DNA of 64,000 bases from Histomonas meleagridis 2922-C6/04-290x. Lineage: Eukaryota; Protista; Parabasalia. Below the pieces are notes generated by a model. That model saw only the letters and a program-made list of their open reading frames with translations, was not told the origin of the DNA and searched no databases. Positions 10,301 through 20,288 of this stretch are shown in pieces. The stretch spans positions 94,792 to 158,791 of the forward strand of contig JAANOX010000244.1 of the NCBI GenBank assembly GCA_020184695.1. The letters are read 5' to 3'. The number at the start of each line of letters is the position of its first letter. Position 1 is the stretch's first letter. The position numbers and the translations under genes are program-made.

Positions 10301-12069
10301 TTATTACTATAAATCGATTTACTATCATCGAAATTAGAATTATTATTTTTTTGGGTTAATGATATAATTAAAGGGAAACATTCATTAGCATAAATTTCAT
10401 ATTTATCTTCAACAATTCTTTCTCCATTTTTAAGTTTTAAATAATTATTATTCCAATAATTAAATCCGATTTTATCCCCTTTAACTTTTAATAAGAAACG
10501 TGCATATAAACGAATGATATATTGATTATTCGGATATGTTTGTATCAAATGTAATATTTCATTTTCTGTTTTCATTGTCGAATTTTGTGATGTAATTAAA
10601 GCGGATTCCATATCTTGTAAGTTCCCTTGAATTATACATTCCCAAAATCTTCGTTGTTCATTCTTAGCTTCATTTGTTAACTTATCGATTTTCTTTAAAT
10701 TCCTTCTAAATGATTGAGTCATAATTTGTTCTCTTTGATGAGTAATCAAACGAATTTTACTACGGAAATATGAAATCATTGATGACTTCTTCTTTAAAAT
10801 ATGAATTTGTTCTTCAATCCAAACTAAAACTTTTTGCTCAGTCGAAATAGATGCTGCAAATCTTGCCCATAATACAAATAGTTCCAATTTGTTTGGATAT
10901 TTATTATTTGCCATTTTCATGAACTCCCAATCAATCATTAATGGATGTCCATAAGTGAATGCAGTTTTCGCTAAGTTTAAAGTTTTAGAGAAACTATTAC
11001 ATATGTTATCAAACTCTAAATGATCTTCATTAATTATTTCAAGTTTCATTAATTCTTTAGTTTTCCGAAGATGATTAATACCAAATGATATAAATGGAAA
11101 TAATAAATCAATACATATTTCTAATGGAATGAAAAATGATGGAACTGGATGTACTCTAATATCATAACAAAAGTTTAATACCAAACAAATTAATGCTGAA
11201 ATAGATACACCTGAAAAGATAATATAAAGTGTTGACGAAATGAATGAAGTATATATTAATGATATTATTGTTGAACTTAAATAATTTAATATCATTAATA
11301 TAAATATAATATATTTCCCAATGTCATTTAAATATGGATAAATCCCAGAAATAAAGACTTGGAAGCACATGATCAAGATATAATAGATTTGATGCTGATA
11401 CAAATAACAATGTAATGATGTGTTACAAAATTCAACTCGGACACATGATAATGGTAAAATTACAAATGCCCAAATCAAAAATAAAATGAAATAAAGTATG
11501 ATGAAAACAATGGTAATCGTCTTAACATTCGATTCCTGACTAAACGCTAAAAATGATTTGTCTCCTAAAACACTAAAAAAATATCCGTGAATGATAAAAC
11601 ATGGGAAACCATAGAATTCGACAAGAAGTCTGGACGAAATACTCGAGAGTGTGCCTTTCCGACAGAATAAGAACATTGTGACGAAAAATAATACGATGAA
11701 TATTAATTGGATTATGAAAAAGATGATAATATAGATATACAAACTATTCTGGTTATAAAACGCTGGAGTAAGACGTATTAACATGTTAGTGTACTGTAGG
11801 AAATATTCAACAAGTTGATCTGTCGGTTGAGTATTTGGACAATTTAATAAATGAGCTGGAAATACCCATAGAACAAGAAACAAACAATTCCCTATGAGTG
11901 ATAATATCGGAAGAGGTTTAACGGAGTCATAAAGATAACATCCGAATTGAAACAAATTCCGTTTAAAGCGAATGCCAAGTGGAACCATTAAAACGCCCTG
12001 GTACTTGTCTTCGCTTTTCACCGATGAATAGATAGAGCTGGAATTATTACTCGTACTTAAGCTTGTCAT
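7318..12069 (-). CDS. Multi-pass transmembrane class III adenylate/guanylate cyclase with PAS-like region (1583 aa)
   Basis: Many TM segments plus C-terminal cyclase motifs: TILFMDICEFT, KIKCIGDCYMAAGG, MRVGINTGGPIIAGVLG, FEILGPAINMAQQME. This is the architecture of the expanded trichomonad cyclase family. Confidence 0.95.
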   Translation of the reverse strand: MTSLSTSNNSSSIYSSVKSEDKYQGVLMVPLGIRFKRNLFQFGCYLYDSVKPLPILSLIGNCLFLVLWVFPAHLLNCPNTQPTDQLVEYFLQYTNMLIRLTPAFYNQNSLYIYIIIFFIIQLIFIVLFFVTMFLFCRKGTLSSISSRLLVEFYGFPCFIIHGYFFSVLGDKSFLAFSQESNVKTITIVFIILYFILFLIWAFVILPLSCVRVEFCNTSLHCYLYQHQIYYILIMCFQVFISGIYPYLNDIGKYIIFILMILNYLSSTIISLIYTSFISSTLYIIFSGVSISALICLVLNFCYDIRVHPVPSFFIPLEICIDLLFPFISFGINHLRKTKELMKLEIINEDHLEFDNICNSFSKTLNLAKTAFTYGHPLMIDWEFMKMANNKYPNKLELFVLWARFAASISTEQKVLVWIEEQIHILKKKSSMISYFRSKIRLITHQREQIMTQSFRRNLKKIDKLTNEAKNEQRRFWECIIQGNLQDMESALITSQNSTMKTENEILHLIQTYPNNQYIIRLYARFLLKVKGDKIGFNYWNNNYLKLKNGERIVEDKYEIYANECFPLIISLTQKNNNSNFDDSKSIYSNNINNNSSISTSLSIFETSETNEGLLYSTIRESLLNVKIPIITFTIVAFTIYILICLTLGFLLLNQIPNDKVQKLMQLFQYETYTYDIRTNMLHLSFLVLQNIMSIYRGYSFLGDELYTLAFGPSNDITNQINFITSEIETRISNLKSLNNYDQNNIYLEKISNYLFSQSIQFNTINIDNNNELIYEPVNKSIESSTSFMSILASDIITINDIDTVINDYRLITILDHRDIIMNVYNDIAINFNNYELEKENSIRNFLIISLICCSCIDFFCGIIIFIIFVIYYTKQRSVIMYNFLKIPKQIVSNIVSSLRSKIENDEDLENQENVEIIRNKQEENLISIFTSTSTQSLSSIFVIIIVFFICIITIFLLMLQEYLSYSSMNEILDVINVDAPYPNLLSKIYSESIYMFNYVLQYGFLLFGKTLIGNDPTKILTEISSSYQEILELEHTILIGNDEDNIKALTRLSSLTAEYFYTNDCDSTDFDNFYQCFSSEDNYLFLEIILNDLISIVRSDLLSLTETIIVSKVNYILQYFYSSSIWPSATFLYSDLKTIVDEKYNYNIIILLVFDIFIIFEYIAFIIYLISLKKRLLWLIQMLIHCPPEIIVSSPNLVKLISGDFNMKQNMKSIEQSTMFYESVIERLIESVIFLNKDMIITKINPSTKMIYDNSEQFIGKSFFEMINPSANNIGFNSFKEKYQNAINGKRPLTIIQPIEIVKNDSILNIQLKLIAIGDNGVINGILNSNTKINYFILVSSNQTQTIRMEKLLQEEMKRSDDLLRQILPSSIVEDLKNGKSEISFSVQTATILFMDICEFTPWCASLQAAQVMSTLNQMFRVYDIALNKYSTLTKIKCIGDCYMAAGGIFDNNPPKIAATEMVKFGIDSINALLALNVKLNQNLRMRVGINTGGPIIAGVLGIDRPTFEILGPAINMAQQMEHTGVPMMVHIAKSVCDLIYDGDFDIKERGEVEVKHGKVTTFLVSPPPPPKKENIVPADFHV

Positions 12070-12348
12070 TGACTTCCTTGGGAATTAGTTATAACGGATA
12101 TTGGCATCGATAAAGTACTCAATTTTCATAGGGATAATAATCCGATTCGTGTGTCGTAAAAAATAACTGACACAAGTGATCGGTTCCTTTTGAAACGCAC
12201 CCTGAAAAGGTTGAGAACTGACATTTTTTTGCCAGGTTTTTGAATCGCAACTCAAAAAAACCGAAGATATTGAAAAGTTTATGTAAATTCGTGAAAGACT
12301 TCAGCAATTGACAGTTTTGATCGGCACTGATAGAATTGCATTCAAAAA

Positions 12349-12858
12349 GTGGAGCAGATACTGTTAAAATCTTGGAAGATGAACTCGATTGGTGCACCAC
12401 GAATGAATGCAATTGGATACTCCGTAACTGACGACGGAAGATTCGCTCTCAGAGAGCCTGCGTTAGGATGGTATTTGGTACGAATTACGAAACAATTATC
12501 AAAACAAGATCTTGACCAACTAAAAGGAAGAGGAATTAACTTTTCAACGTCATCAATGATACAAAGGGGTTGGTATAAGTTATTCCTTACAAAAGAACAA
12601 ACTCAATTTGCGTTGTCATTAAATTCCTTCTCTTTGATACCATTTAAAAAAGTTTATACACCGGACTTTAGCAAGCTAAGGCAGCTAACGAGCTTCTTGG
12701 TTCAGGCTGTTCCCGGCTGGAACCCACAGCCGCCTGCAACATCAAGAAATTACATGACAAATGAAATGTTCATTGTGGAAAACGCTTCAGCAGAACAGCT
12801 CTACGCAGACCCGTACGTGGTGAACGTTTCTGATGTCCCAAAAATTTCACCATGCTGA
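12349..12858 (+). pseudogene. Probable truncated N-terminal (pro-region) fragment of a trichomonad subtilisin-like (S8) peptidase
   Basis: Comparatively GC-rich, coding-like ORF. ILLKSWKM...GWYLVRI...FLVQAVPGW...DPYVVNVSDVPKI resembles, from memory, the segment preceding the catalytic domain in trichomonad S8 peptidases. It stops at PKISPC* with no catalytic D/H/S motifs and no signal peptide. Confidence 0.4.
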
Positions 12859-13546
12859 CTAAGTTTTCTATTTTTATTTCTAAATTTGAAATTAAAATTT
12901 TTTGTATATGATAAATGATTAAATGAAATATTAAAAATATGTTCCAAATATGTTCTATTTTCAATTTATTGTCTTGCTAAATTGCTTTCGCGTGATGTTG
13001 TTAAATTTAATAATTTTTTGTTTTGCAAAAGCGAATTAATCTGTCATCAATAGTAATGTATATATACGTATATTCCATTATACTCGGAAAAAAATGAAAT
13101 GACATCATAATGTATAGAATTGATACATATTGCATTTATATTCATTGTAAAAGGTAAAATGGATATATAAAACTGTCGTTCACAGAAGCTTTTTTCAACC
13201 TATAAAAAGGCATGTATATACATACCAAGTTTATTGAATAAATATGAAATAATATCATTGTATTTCGCTCACAATGCCTTTTTGAAGAATCTGTTGTTTA
13301 AAGGCATTTTATTTTTTTATTTTTTATTTTTTAAAATATTTTTTCCATACCAAACATTTCTTCGTAGTTGTATGAAAGTAGACAGTTTTTCATGGTGTCT
13401 TTGTATAAATTAAAAAAACATTGAAAAGAGTTTGACATAATCAACATGATAATAACCTTCTGAATATGTTTTCTCATAATTTTATTCACATCTAATTCAT
13501 TTCCTCATAAAAAAATACATTTTTATATTTTTTTTTTAACAATATA

Positions 13547-15178
13547 TCATAGCCAATTGTCTTCATCTTCTTTTGCAAGTTCTTCCACTATACTGTCGAC
13601 ATCGTCGTACTGCTTTGTCGTTGACGTCGTTGTCTCCTTAAACTGCAGCTTCACGCTCGACTTTTCCTTTCTGTTATTACTTTTCACCAAAAACGTAACA
13701 GCTGCGACGACAATCAAAACGAATGCGACCGCACCGCAGATTATTCCGATCAGCGCCGCAGTTGTAATTCCGCCCGGTTCATCACTTGGACTCAGATACA
13801 CGTATGTGAAGAAGTTCGAATAATAGCTATAATATGTCGAATATACAATGACTGTGTAATTGTAGTATATGAAATTCGTTTCAACATAAGTTAACTCCGA
13901 ATTACTCAAATAATATGAAATCGTTTGAGTGTCAATCGCAGAATACGTCAGCGAATATGAAACAGACAATGAAACAGTTAAAGTAAACGAAAACGTTTGC
14001 GATAAATCGCTGCGAAGTGAAGCAGTGAACGTGTTCGAATGCGAGAACGTGTTCGATTGCGTTGGCATTGGTGCGCAGCCTTCAACAGTGTCTGTGGTTA
14101 CATATAAATTTCCAAAACTTCGATCAATGTAATCCTTCGGTACCATAACTGCTGCAGAAACATTTGCAAATGCATTTACTCCAATGTATGGCTCTTTTGT
14201 TCCATAAAAGTAAATACATTTTAGATTTGGACAGGATGAAAATGCAGAACCTCCAATTTCTTTGACATTTTCTCCAATTATAACATATTCCAAATTATTG
14301 CAAAAACAAAAAGCAGAACCTCCAATTGATGTAACCAAGTTGCCAATGTGAACATACTTCAGCATTGGCCATTCACTGAATTCGCTACTCAAAATTGAAA
14401 CATTTCCGTATATCATAACACAAACAGCTGAATGCGAATATTCGTCTGCATAATCATTTTCGTTGTATATTAAAAGTGTATTATTTTCAGTAATATATAT
14501 TTGAAATGCATTAGTGAAAAATAAAACAAAAAGAAATGAAAAATAATTTGTTTTCATATTATTTGGTTTTAAGATATTTTTAAAGAACAATTTCACATTT
14601 AAATATCTTTTAAAAAAGATAATTAATACACAAAATATTATTAAAAAGTATCTATTATTGATGGAAAGATTTGAGCTTGTAAAGCAATTATGATGTGGAT
14701 CGTTTTGTGCATGATAAAAGGGATAATCGGCTTTGGTATGATTTCCATCATCGATAGGAAATAGATTAAAATAATTTGTCTTGGGTCGAAACTTTTGATG
14801 TTTTACTAATGGCGAATTACAAAAAGAGCTTAAAATAAGTGAATAAAAAAATTTATACATGTCAAAAATATTCAAAAGATAACGAGCAAAAATTCCAATG
14901 GTATCGTATAAGAAAGCATTAGTGCTGTGATTGCTTCCTTTGGGTGCTGAAAAAGTTTGCGTTTTGTTTTTGCTAATTGATAAAATTGGTAATTTATTGA
15001 ATTTTTTCAGCGTATCTGTGCTTTTGTTGGAAAATGTGGAAATGGTAAAAATAGTGTAGCCTATTAAAATGCCATTCATTGTACTTGAAAAATAATGAAG
15101 TAAACTCTTCAAAGGCTGCTGATCCATAAGTATAAGAAAAAACGAAGAAGCTTTTGATAAAAATGAGAAGAAAAACAA
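13547..15178 (-). CDS. BspA-like LRR surface protein with short LRR block, S/T stalk and TM helix
   Basis: IGNLVTSIGGSAFCFCNNLEYVIIGENVKEIGGSAFSSCPNL; PTQSNTFSHSNTF stalk; TM ALIGIICGAVAFVLIVVAAVTFLV; acidic tail. The start is uncertain (alternative ATG at 14557, MKTNYFSFLFVLFF). Confidence 0.8.
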   Translation of the reverse strand: MFFFSFLSKASSFFLILMDQQPLKSLLHYFSSTMNGILIGYTIFTISTFSNKSTDTLKKFNKLPILSISKNKTQTFSAPKGSNHSTNAFLYDTIGIFARYLLNIFDMYKFFYSLILSSFCNSPLVKHQKFRPKTNYFNLFPIDDGNHTKADYPFYHAQNDPHHNCFTSSNLSINNRYFLIIFCVLIIFFKRYLNVKLFFKNILKPNNMKTNYFSFLFVLFFTNAFQIYITENNTLLIYNENDYADEYSHSAVCVMIYGNVSILSSEFSEWPMLKYVHIGNLVTSIGGSAFCFCNNLEYVIIGENVKEIGGSAFSSCPNLKCIYFYGTKEPYIGVNAFANVSAAVMVPKDYIDRSFGNLYVTTDTVEGCAPMPTQSNTFSHSNTFTASLRSDLSQTFSFTLTVSLSVSYSLTYSAIDTQTISYYLSNSELTYVETNFIYYNYTVIVYSTYYSYYSNFFTYVYLSPSDEPGGITTAALIGIICGAVAFVLIVVAAVTFLVKSNNRKEKSSVKLQFKETTTSTTKQYDDVDSIVEELAKEDEDNWL

Positions 15179-15757
15179 ATATTTTACTTCGGATAGGACG
15201 TGGCGGTCGTTGTTAGATGCATGCTCAATAATTTTGTCTGATTGAAGCGGTATACATGGTTTTTATTCTTCCATTTTGACGCATCCCACTCTTAAATACG
15301 ATCAAAATATATTGAAAAGAAGAACAATATGTTATTGATTTTTGGCGCACATCATACTTTCACTTTTGTATGAAATTGAATGGATGATTCAATATTTTCT
15401 ATAAGGTCTCCCAACCCCAAATTTCAATTAAAAGTCATGCCACCTTTAATGCACAATAAAATGTAATACAAGATTTTAGAATCTCTTCTATTTTAAATGC
15501 ACATGATAAATAAATTTCATATTTGTATATAAATAAATGATGAAGGTTATTTAATTTATAAGCAAATTGATGGAAAATATCTCAAAATAAATTTATATCA
15601 TCACTTCGTAAAGCAAATAACTATTTTAATATCGGGATGATTTACAAATGAATCCAATCTTGAAATACCAATGTAATTTGATTTATCACCTAAAAAAGTA
15701 ACAAACTGTTTCCCTTCAAAATTTCAAAGCTTTGTTTGAATTGAACGAACAAAAATT

Positions 15758-16420
15758 ATGTTTGCAAAAAGAATTATTAAATTTGATCCTGCAACTAAAT
15801 TATATTCTGTGATTACAAATGAAAGTCCTGAACCAATATGGATGAAAGAAGACAAAATAATAAATAAAAACGTTATAATCGATTTTGTAAAAGAAAATAA
15901 TCTTCAGCATCTTGTAGACTATGAACACCTTATAAGTACATTACAAAACCAACCAATAAACCAGAATAATATTAAAGAAGAAAATACACAAAATGTGATC
16001 AATAATATTCCTCAAATTCAAAAAGCATCACAAACAAATGTTACCTCCAACTCAACACAAAATATGCAAACAACTCAAGTACAACCATCAAAAATTCTTG
16101 TAAACACGAAAGTTTCAACACATGAATCCGACCAAATAAAAACAGAAAAAGTCGAACCCACAGAACAAAAAGATTCAAACGCGAACAGACACCCAATGAA
16201 TCTTCCTATTAAAAAAATTTGTGGCGCAGATGATGATCCAAAAAAGACTCAGAAATTTATATATGCTGTTTTGTATGAAGGTGATCCTAATATTCATTAC
16301 ATATCTCAGGATGATATGAAAAAATATCATCCAATGGAGCTAATCGAATTCTACGAACAGCATTTAAAAATTGAGAAAGTACTTTCAATGCCACCATATA
16401 GACCACCTCAATCAAAATAA
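15758..16420 (+). CDS. HP1/Swi6-like protein (degenerate N-terminal chromo-like domain, Q/N/T hinge, C-terminal chromo-shadow-like domain)
   Basis: C-terminus PIKKICGA...FIYAVLYEG...KKYHPMELIEFYEQHL matches the chromo-shadow pattern (P..I.GA...P..VI.FYE..L). N-terminus W..E..I.N..VI..F is chromo-like. Confidence 0.55.
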   Translation: MFAKRIIKFDPATKLYSVITNESPEPIWMKEDKIINKNVIIDFVKENNLQHLVDYEHLISTLQNQPINQNNIKEENTQNVINNIPQIQKASQTNVTSNSTQNMQTTQVQPSKILVNTKVSTHESDQIKTEKVEPTEQKDSNANRHPMNLPIKKICGADDDPKKTQKFIYAVLYEGDPNIHYISQDDMKKYHPMELIEFYEQHLKIEKVLSMPPYRPPQSK

Positions 16421-16499
16421 ATATTTTTCTTTTTTTTGAATAAACATTTTTATATATTAATTACTATCAAATAATTTTTTAAAGAGGTTACTTTGTTAT

Positions 16500-16740
16500 T
16501 TTTTAATTTTATTATTTTATTTTTTTGTTATCTTATTATTTCATTATTTTGTTATCTTATTATTTTGTTATTTTGTTATTGTCTCATTTTGTTATTTTGT
16601 TGTTTTGTTATTTCATTATTTTTTTACTCCTAAATTTAATATTATAAAATTTTTTATTTTGTTATCTTATTATTTCATTATTTTGTTATTTTGTTTATTT
16701 TTTTTTCTTATTTTATTGTTTTCAATTAATTCTTTTTATT
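16500..16740. repeat. Low-complexity T-rich tandem repeat (TTATTTTGTTAT/CTTATTATTTCA units)
   Basis: Repeated ttgttatcttattatttcattattttgtta blocks at about 16527, 16659 and nearby. Confidence 0.65.
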
Positions 16741-17098
16741 CCGTATTTATCTTCATAAATTTAACTTTAATGAATTGAAAAGCATGATGAGAGGTACTAA
16801 AACTCAAAATCCTGCAATATTTTTTCAACGATAATTTTATGTTAAGGATAACATTGGGAGGAGATTACAAAAATACCCTCTTTTCGAAATTTCGACTGTA
16901 CAATCTTTCGAAATTCGATCTGATTTCGACCATACTTTTTATGGAATTTTGGATTATTTCCTATATAGTAATGTTGCATACTAGATGTGTTTATTTTCTA
17001 AACTATTATCCTTTATCATTTTCATTAAAAATTTTGAGAAAAAGTGAAAATATATGAAAAAATCAACTTAGTCGATAATAAATCGAGTGCAACTTTTT

Positions 17099-17124
17099 AT
17101 ATGAAGTGGCGGTGGTCTTTATTT
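17099..17124 (+). repeat. Left terminal inverted repeat of the P-like element
   Basis: 24/26 identity to the reverse complement of 20263-20288. Confidence 0.85.
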
Positions 17125-17293
17125 ATTTATGAATAAAAATATATGATTTGTTATTTAAAAAAATGTGATTGTCAAATAAAAATATTTTTTGCATGGATTT
17201 TTATGAATGATTGAAATTTTGATGAAGTGAAAAAAATGATGTGAAGTGATTTTTTCTTTATTTATTTTTTTATTCGAATTTTTGGGTGTGTAC

Positions 17294-19504
17294 TTAAATA
17301 TTTAAATCTCTTAAGTTAACTGATATTACTGCTATTGTTTCTTTAATGTTATCATAATATTTCTGGATCCATTCGAGCATATTTTGCTTTGTTTTTGTAT
17401 CATATTTGGAAAATGGAATTTGATAGTATTCAGAACAATTTACGATGATATCCTTCAGAGTACTACATAATAACTTATTTCCAAATAATTTATTTAAATC
17501 AATTATTATTTCTTCATTAATTGAAGGATATTTCTCTCTTATCTTTAATCTTTGAGAATCTTCGATAAAGCATATCTTATCCATTGATTATTTGGATTGT
17601 GTAAGATTTCTACCATTTAAACCTGTCTGAACAGACAAGGTAACTGCATTAATACTCAAGGAATTCATTATTCTTTTTGTATTAAAATAAAATGTATCAA
17701 ATAATATTTGAAAAAATTCTTCCACGATTTTAGAATGATTACTAATAATGATATCAAAATTTTCTACATTAACAATAGGTTTTTCTACTATGAATCCTGC
17801 TTCAATTAATAGTGAATAAGCAATTGTCCTTCCATCATATGGAAATAATGATTTATCGTATTCATTGTATGAAATTGTAATTCCAAATGATGATGCTCTT
17901 TTAGAAACCTTTAAAAATTGTAATTCTTGGTCTGTTATGCTAGCTATTATTTGATCAGTTGATATTCTTTTTAATGCTGATCTTAGGGTTTTGAACATAC
18001 CCATTTTTATTCTTAAACATCCAAATTGATGTTCAAGAGGATTTGACGTAAATCTATTTAAGCTTTTTTTGGCATTCATATCTTTTAGAAGTAATGTAAC
18101 AAATGAATGAATTGTATTACAACAATGAATACATAATTTCTCATCAAAAAGTGTTAAAGCAACAATATTTTTCATTTTTTCTTGTTTAATTCCTGTGTCT
18201 AATTTTGTTTTCTTCATAAATTTATAATATATGAATTTTAATAAGATACTGATTTCAAATAGCGAAATTTTTTTGCTTAAATTTATATTGTCATTAGACA
18301 TTGCTTCTATAAACAAAGACCATGGTAACAAATATAATAATGCTGAAAAATTATGTTTTACATATAGCATTAAAGTATTGTTAATAGAAAATAGAGAAAT
18401 GGAAAGAATATCGTGCATTTTCGTGATTTTAGAGTTATTAATCAAAATCGGTAATGAATTTAAATCTTCTCGTATATTGGAAATGTCAATGATTGGTGAA
18501 TTTCGATTAAATCCAATAGTTAATGGTACGTCTTTATATAACCGATATCTTGCACATTTGAATATATGAAGGGGATCACTAATATATCGAAAAAAAACTC
18601 TTTTTGCAATTTCAACAATTGAAGTCGTGTAATGTTCAGCAACACATTCATATTGACCAAAGAACGAATTATGATAAAAATCATAGCAATTATCACCATC
18701 AAAAACAAATCCAAGAACATATATTTTATGATTCTTTAATTAATTACGTAATGTTTCGAGTGTTTCACATTGAATATTTGTTGCTTTCCCCTGGGATGAA
18801 GGAGAAAAATGAATTATTGAGCACGAATAATCTGGATTTATATATTGAATGTAATAAACAACGGCATAATTTTTTATTTGATTCCAATTTATCATTAAAA
18901 AATTTATCCATTGTTGTGCATTTTCGCAGAAAAATTGATAAGGATTTTCAATATTTTGTATAACTACTTTTTTTAACTTAATCATTACATTATTTTTTGT
19001 TATAGTCACATCGGGCGAAAATGCTATTGCGTCAATACTTAAAATACAATCCATTGGAGCAGGACGAAAAATATTAATTTGATTGTTTTTATAAGCATTT
19101 ATGATTCCATCTATTTGATTAATAATATCAATCAAAGACTTAAAACGTTCATTGATTAAATCTGCTAAATGATTATGTATTGATGTATAAAAAGGTAATG
19201 GAATAAAAGATCTAATATAACGTAAAGCTTGTGGCGAAATCGAATTAATATTGGATGCTAATTGATAAATTTTTTCATCATATCTTCTTGCATTTGGGTG
19301 AACTCCAAGGTTTCTCAATATCGAATTAATGATTTCATCATATTCTTCATTTTCTGAATTAATATCTTCATTTCTCTCTATGTTTGAAACACATTTGACA
19401 CTTATCGCTTCATAAAGTCTCTTATTAATACGTGCTTGTCTTTCTGCCTTGATCCGCTTTTGTCTTTCTCTCGCTAATTGCAAGGCTTGTCTTGATTTTT
19501 CCAT
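17294..19504 (-). pseudogene. P-element-like transposase, a single 737-codon frame broken only by two in-frame TAA (18740-18742, 17588-17590)
   Basis: ORFs 19504, 18445 and 17584 share one frame; the gap 18739-18446 translates without stops. Motifs: RRYD..IYQLAS...SPQALRYIRSFIPLP, CILSIDAI, GFVFDGD, SDPLHIFKCARYRL, KMHD...LFS, RFTSNPLEHQFGCLR. Confidence 0.85.
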
Positions 19505-20157
19505 GATAAAAAATAAAAATAATGTGAACTAGAAATTTCCTCAGAATTTCAATGGCATTAAATGAAAAACAACTAGATGCATTCAAATCAGTAAAATTTT
19601 TGATTCAAAAAGCTTCCTACTACGTTTTGTAAAGTATTCAATTTATTTTTTGGGAAACACCCCAAAAAGAATTGACATAAAAAAAAATTCAGCGGTCTAA
19701 ATCCTTAGATAGGTATGATTATAAATAAATAAATCCTAAACTTCATAGTTAGTCGGGTCCCATTAAAAAACTATTGCACGATTTTTTTTATCATTAAAAA
19801 AATGAGAAAAAAGCACCCATTTTTTTAATCAAAAAAATTAAAAAATTATTTTTTTTCATCAAAAATGTATATTGCAAGAAACCATATATGTGGAAAGAAA
19901 GCAAATCGATCATAGATTATTTTACACATTTAAAATTTATGATTCATTTACTTTTGACATCATATTCAAATTATTAATTAGGAAAATTGAAATTTATTTT
20001 CCTTCAAACAATACATTCGTGAAACAAAATAAAACATTTTTAATCAAAAAAATTTCTATTTAAAATCATCACATAAAAAAAAATTTGAGAAAACCGATTT
20101 TCGAGCACTTTTTGATATTCAAAATATAAATATTCTAATAAATAATCAAAATTATCG

Positions 20158-20160
<3 letters not shown>

Positions 20161-20224
<64 letters not shown>
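20161..20224. repeat. (TA)32 microsatellite inside the transposon's right subterminal region
   Basis: Perfect TA dinucleotide run. Confidence 0.98.
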
Positions 20225-20227
<3 letters not shown>

Positions 20228-20262
20228 TAATATTCATGATGTATTTTTATTATAGCTAGAAA

Positions 20263-20288
20263 AAAAAAAGATCACCGCCACTTCATAT
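20263..20288 (-). repeat. Right terminal inverted repeat of the P-like element
   Basis: 24/26 identity to 17099-17124 in inverted orientation. Confidence 0.85.

Larger units (their letters stand above)
17099..20288 (-). mobile_element. P-element/THAP9-superfamily-like DNA transposon, 3190 bp, with 26-bp TIRs and a probable 8-bp TSD
   Basis: Left 17099-17124 ATATGAAGTGGCGGTGGTCTTTATTT versus reverse complement of right 20263-20288 ATATGAAGTGGCGGTGATCTTTTTTT (24/26). Flanks AACTTTTT (17091-17098) and AATTTTTT (20289-20296) match 7/8. Encloses the transposase frame. Confidence 0.85.

Noticed and set aside
12119-12412. 97-aa minus-strand ORF upstream of the cyclase
   Set aside because: No recognisable motif, partly antisense to the 12349 ORF; likely spurious.
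20040-20237. ORF with a poly-(YI) tract
   Set aside because: Translation of the (TA)n microsatellite.
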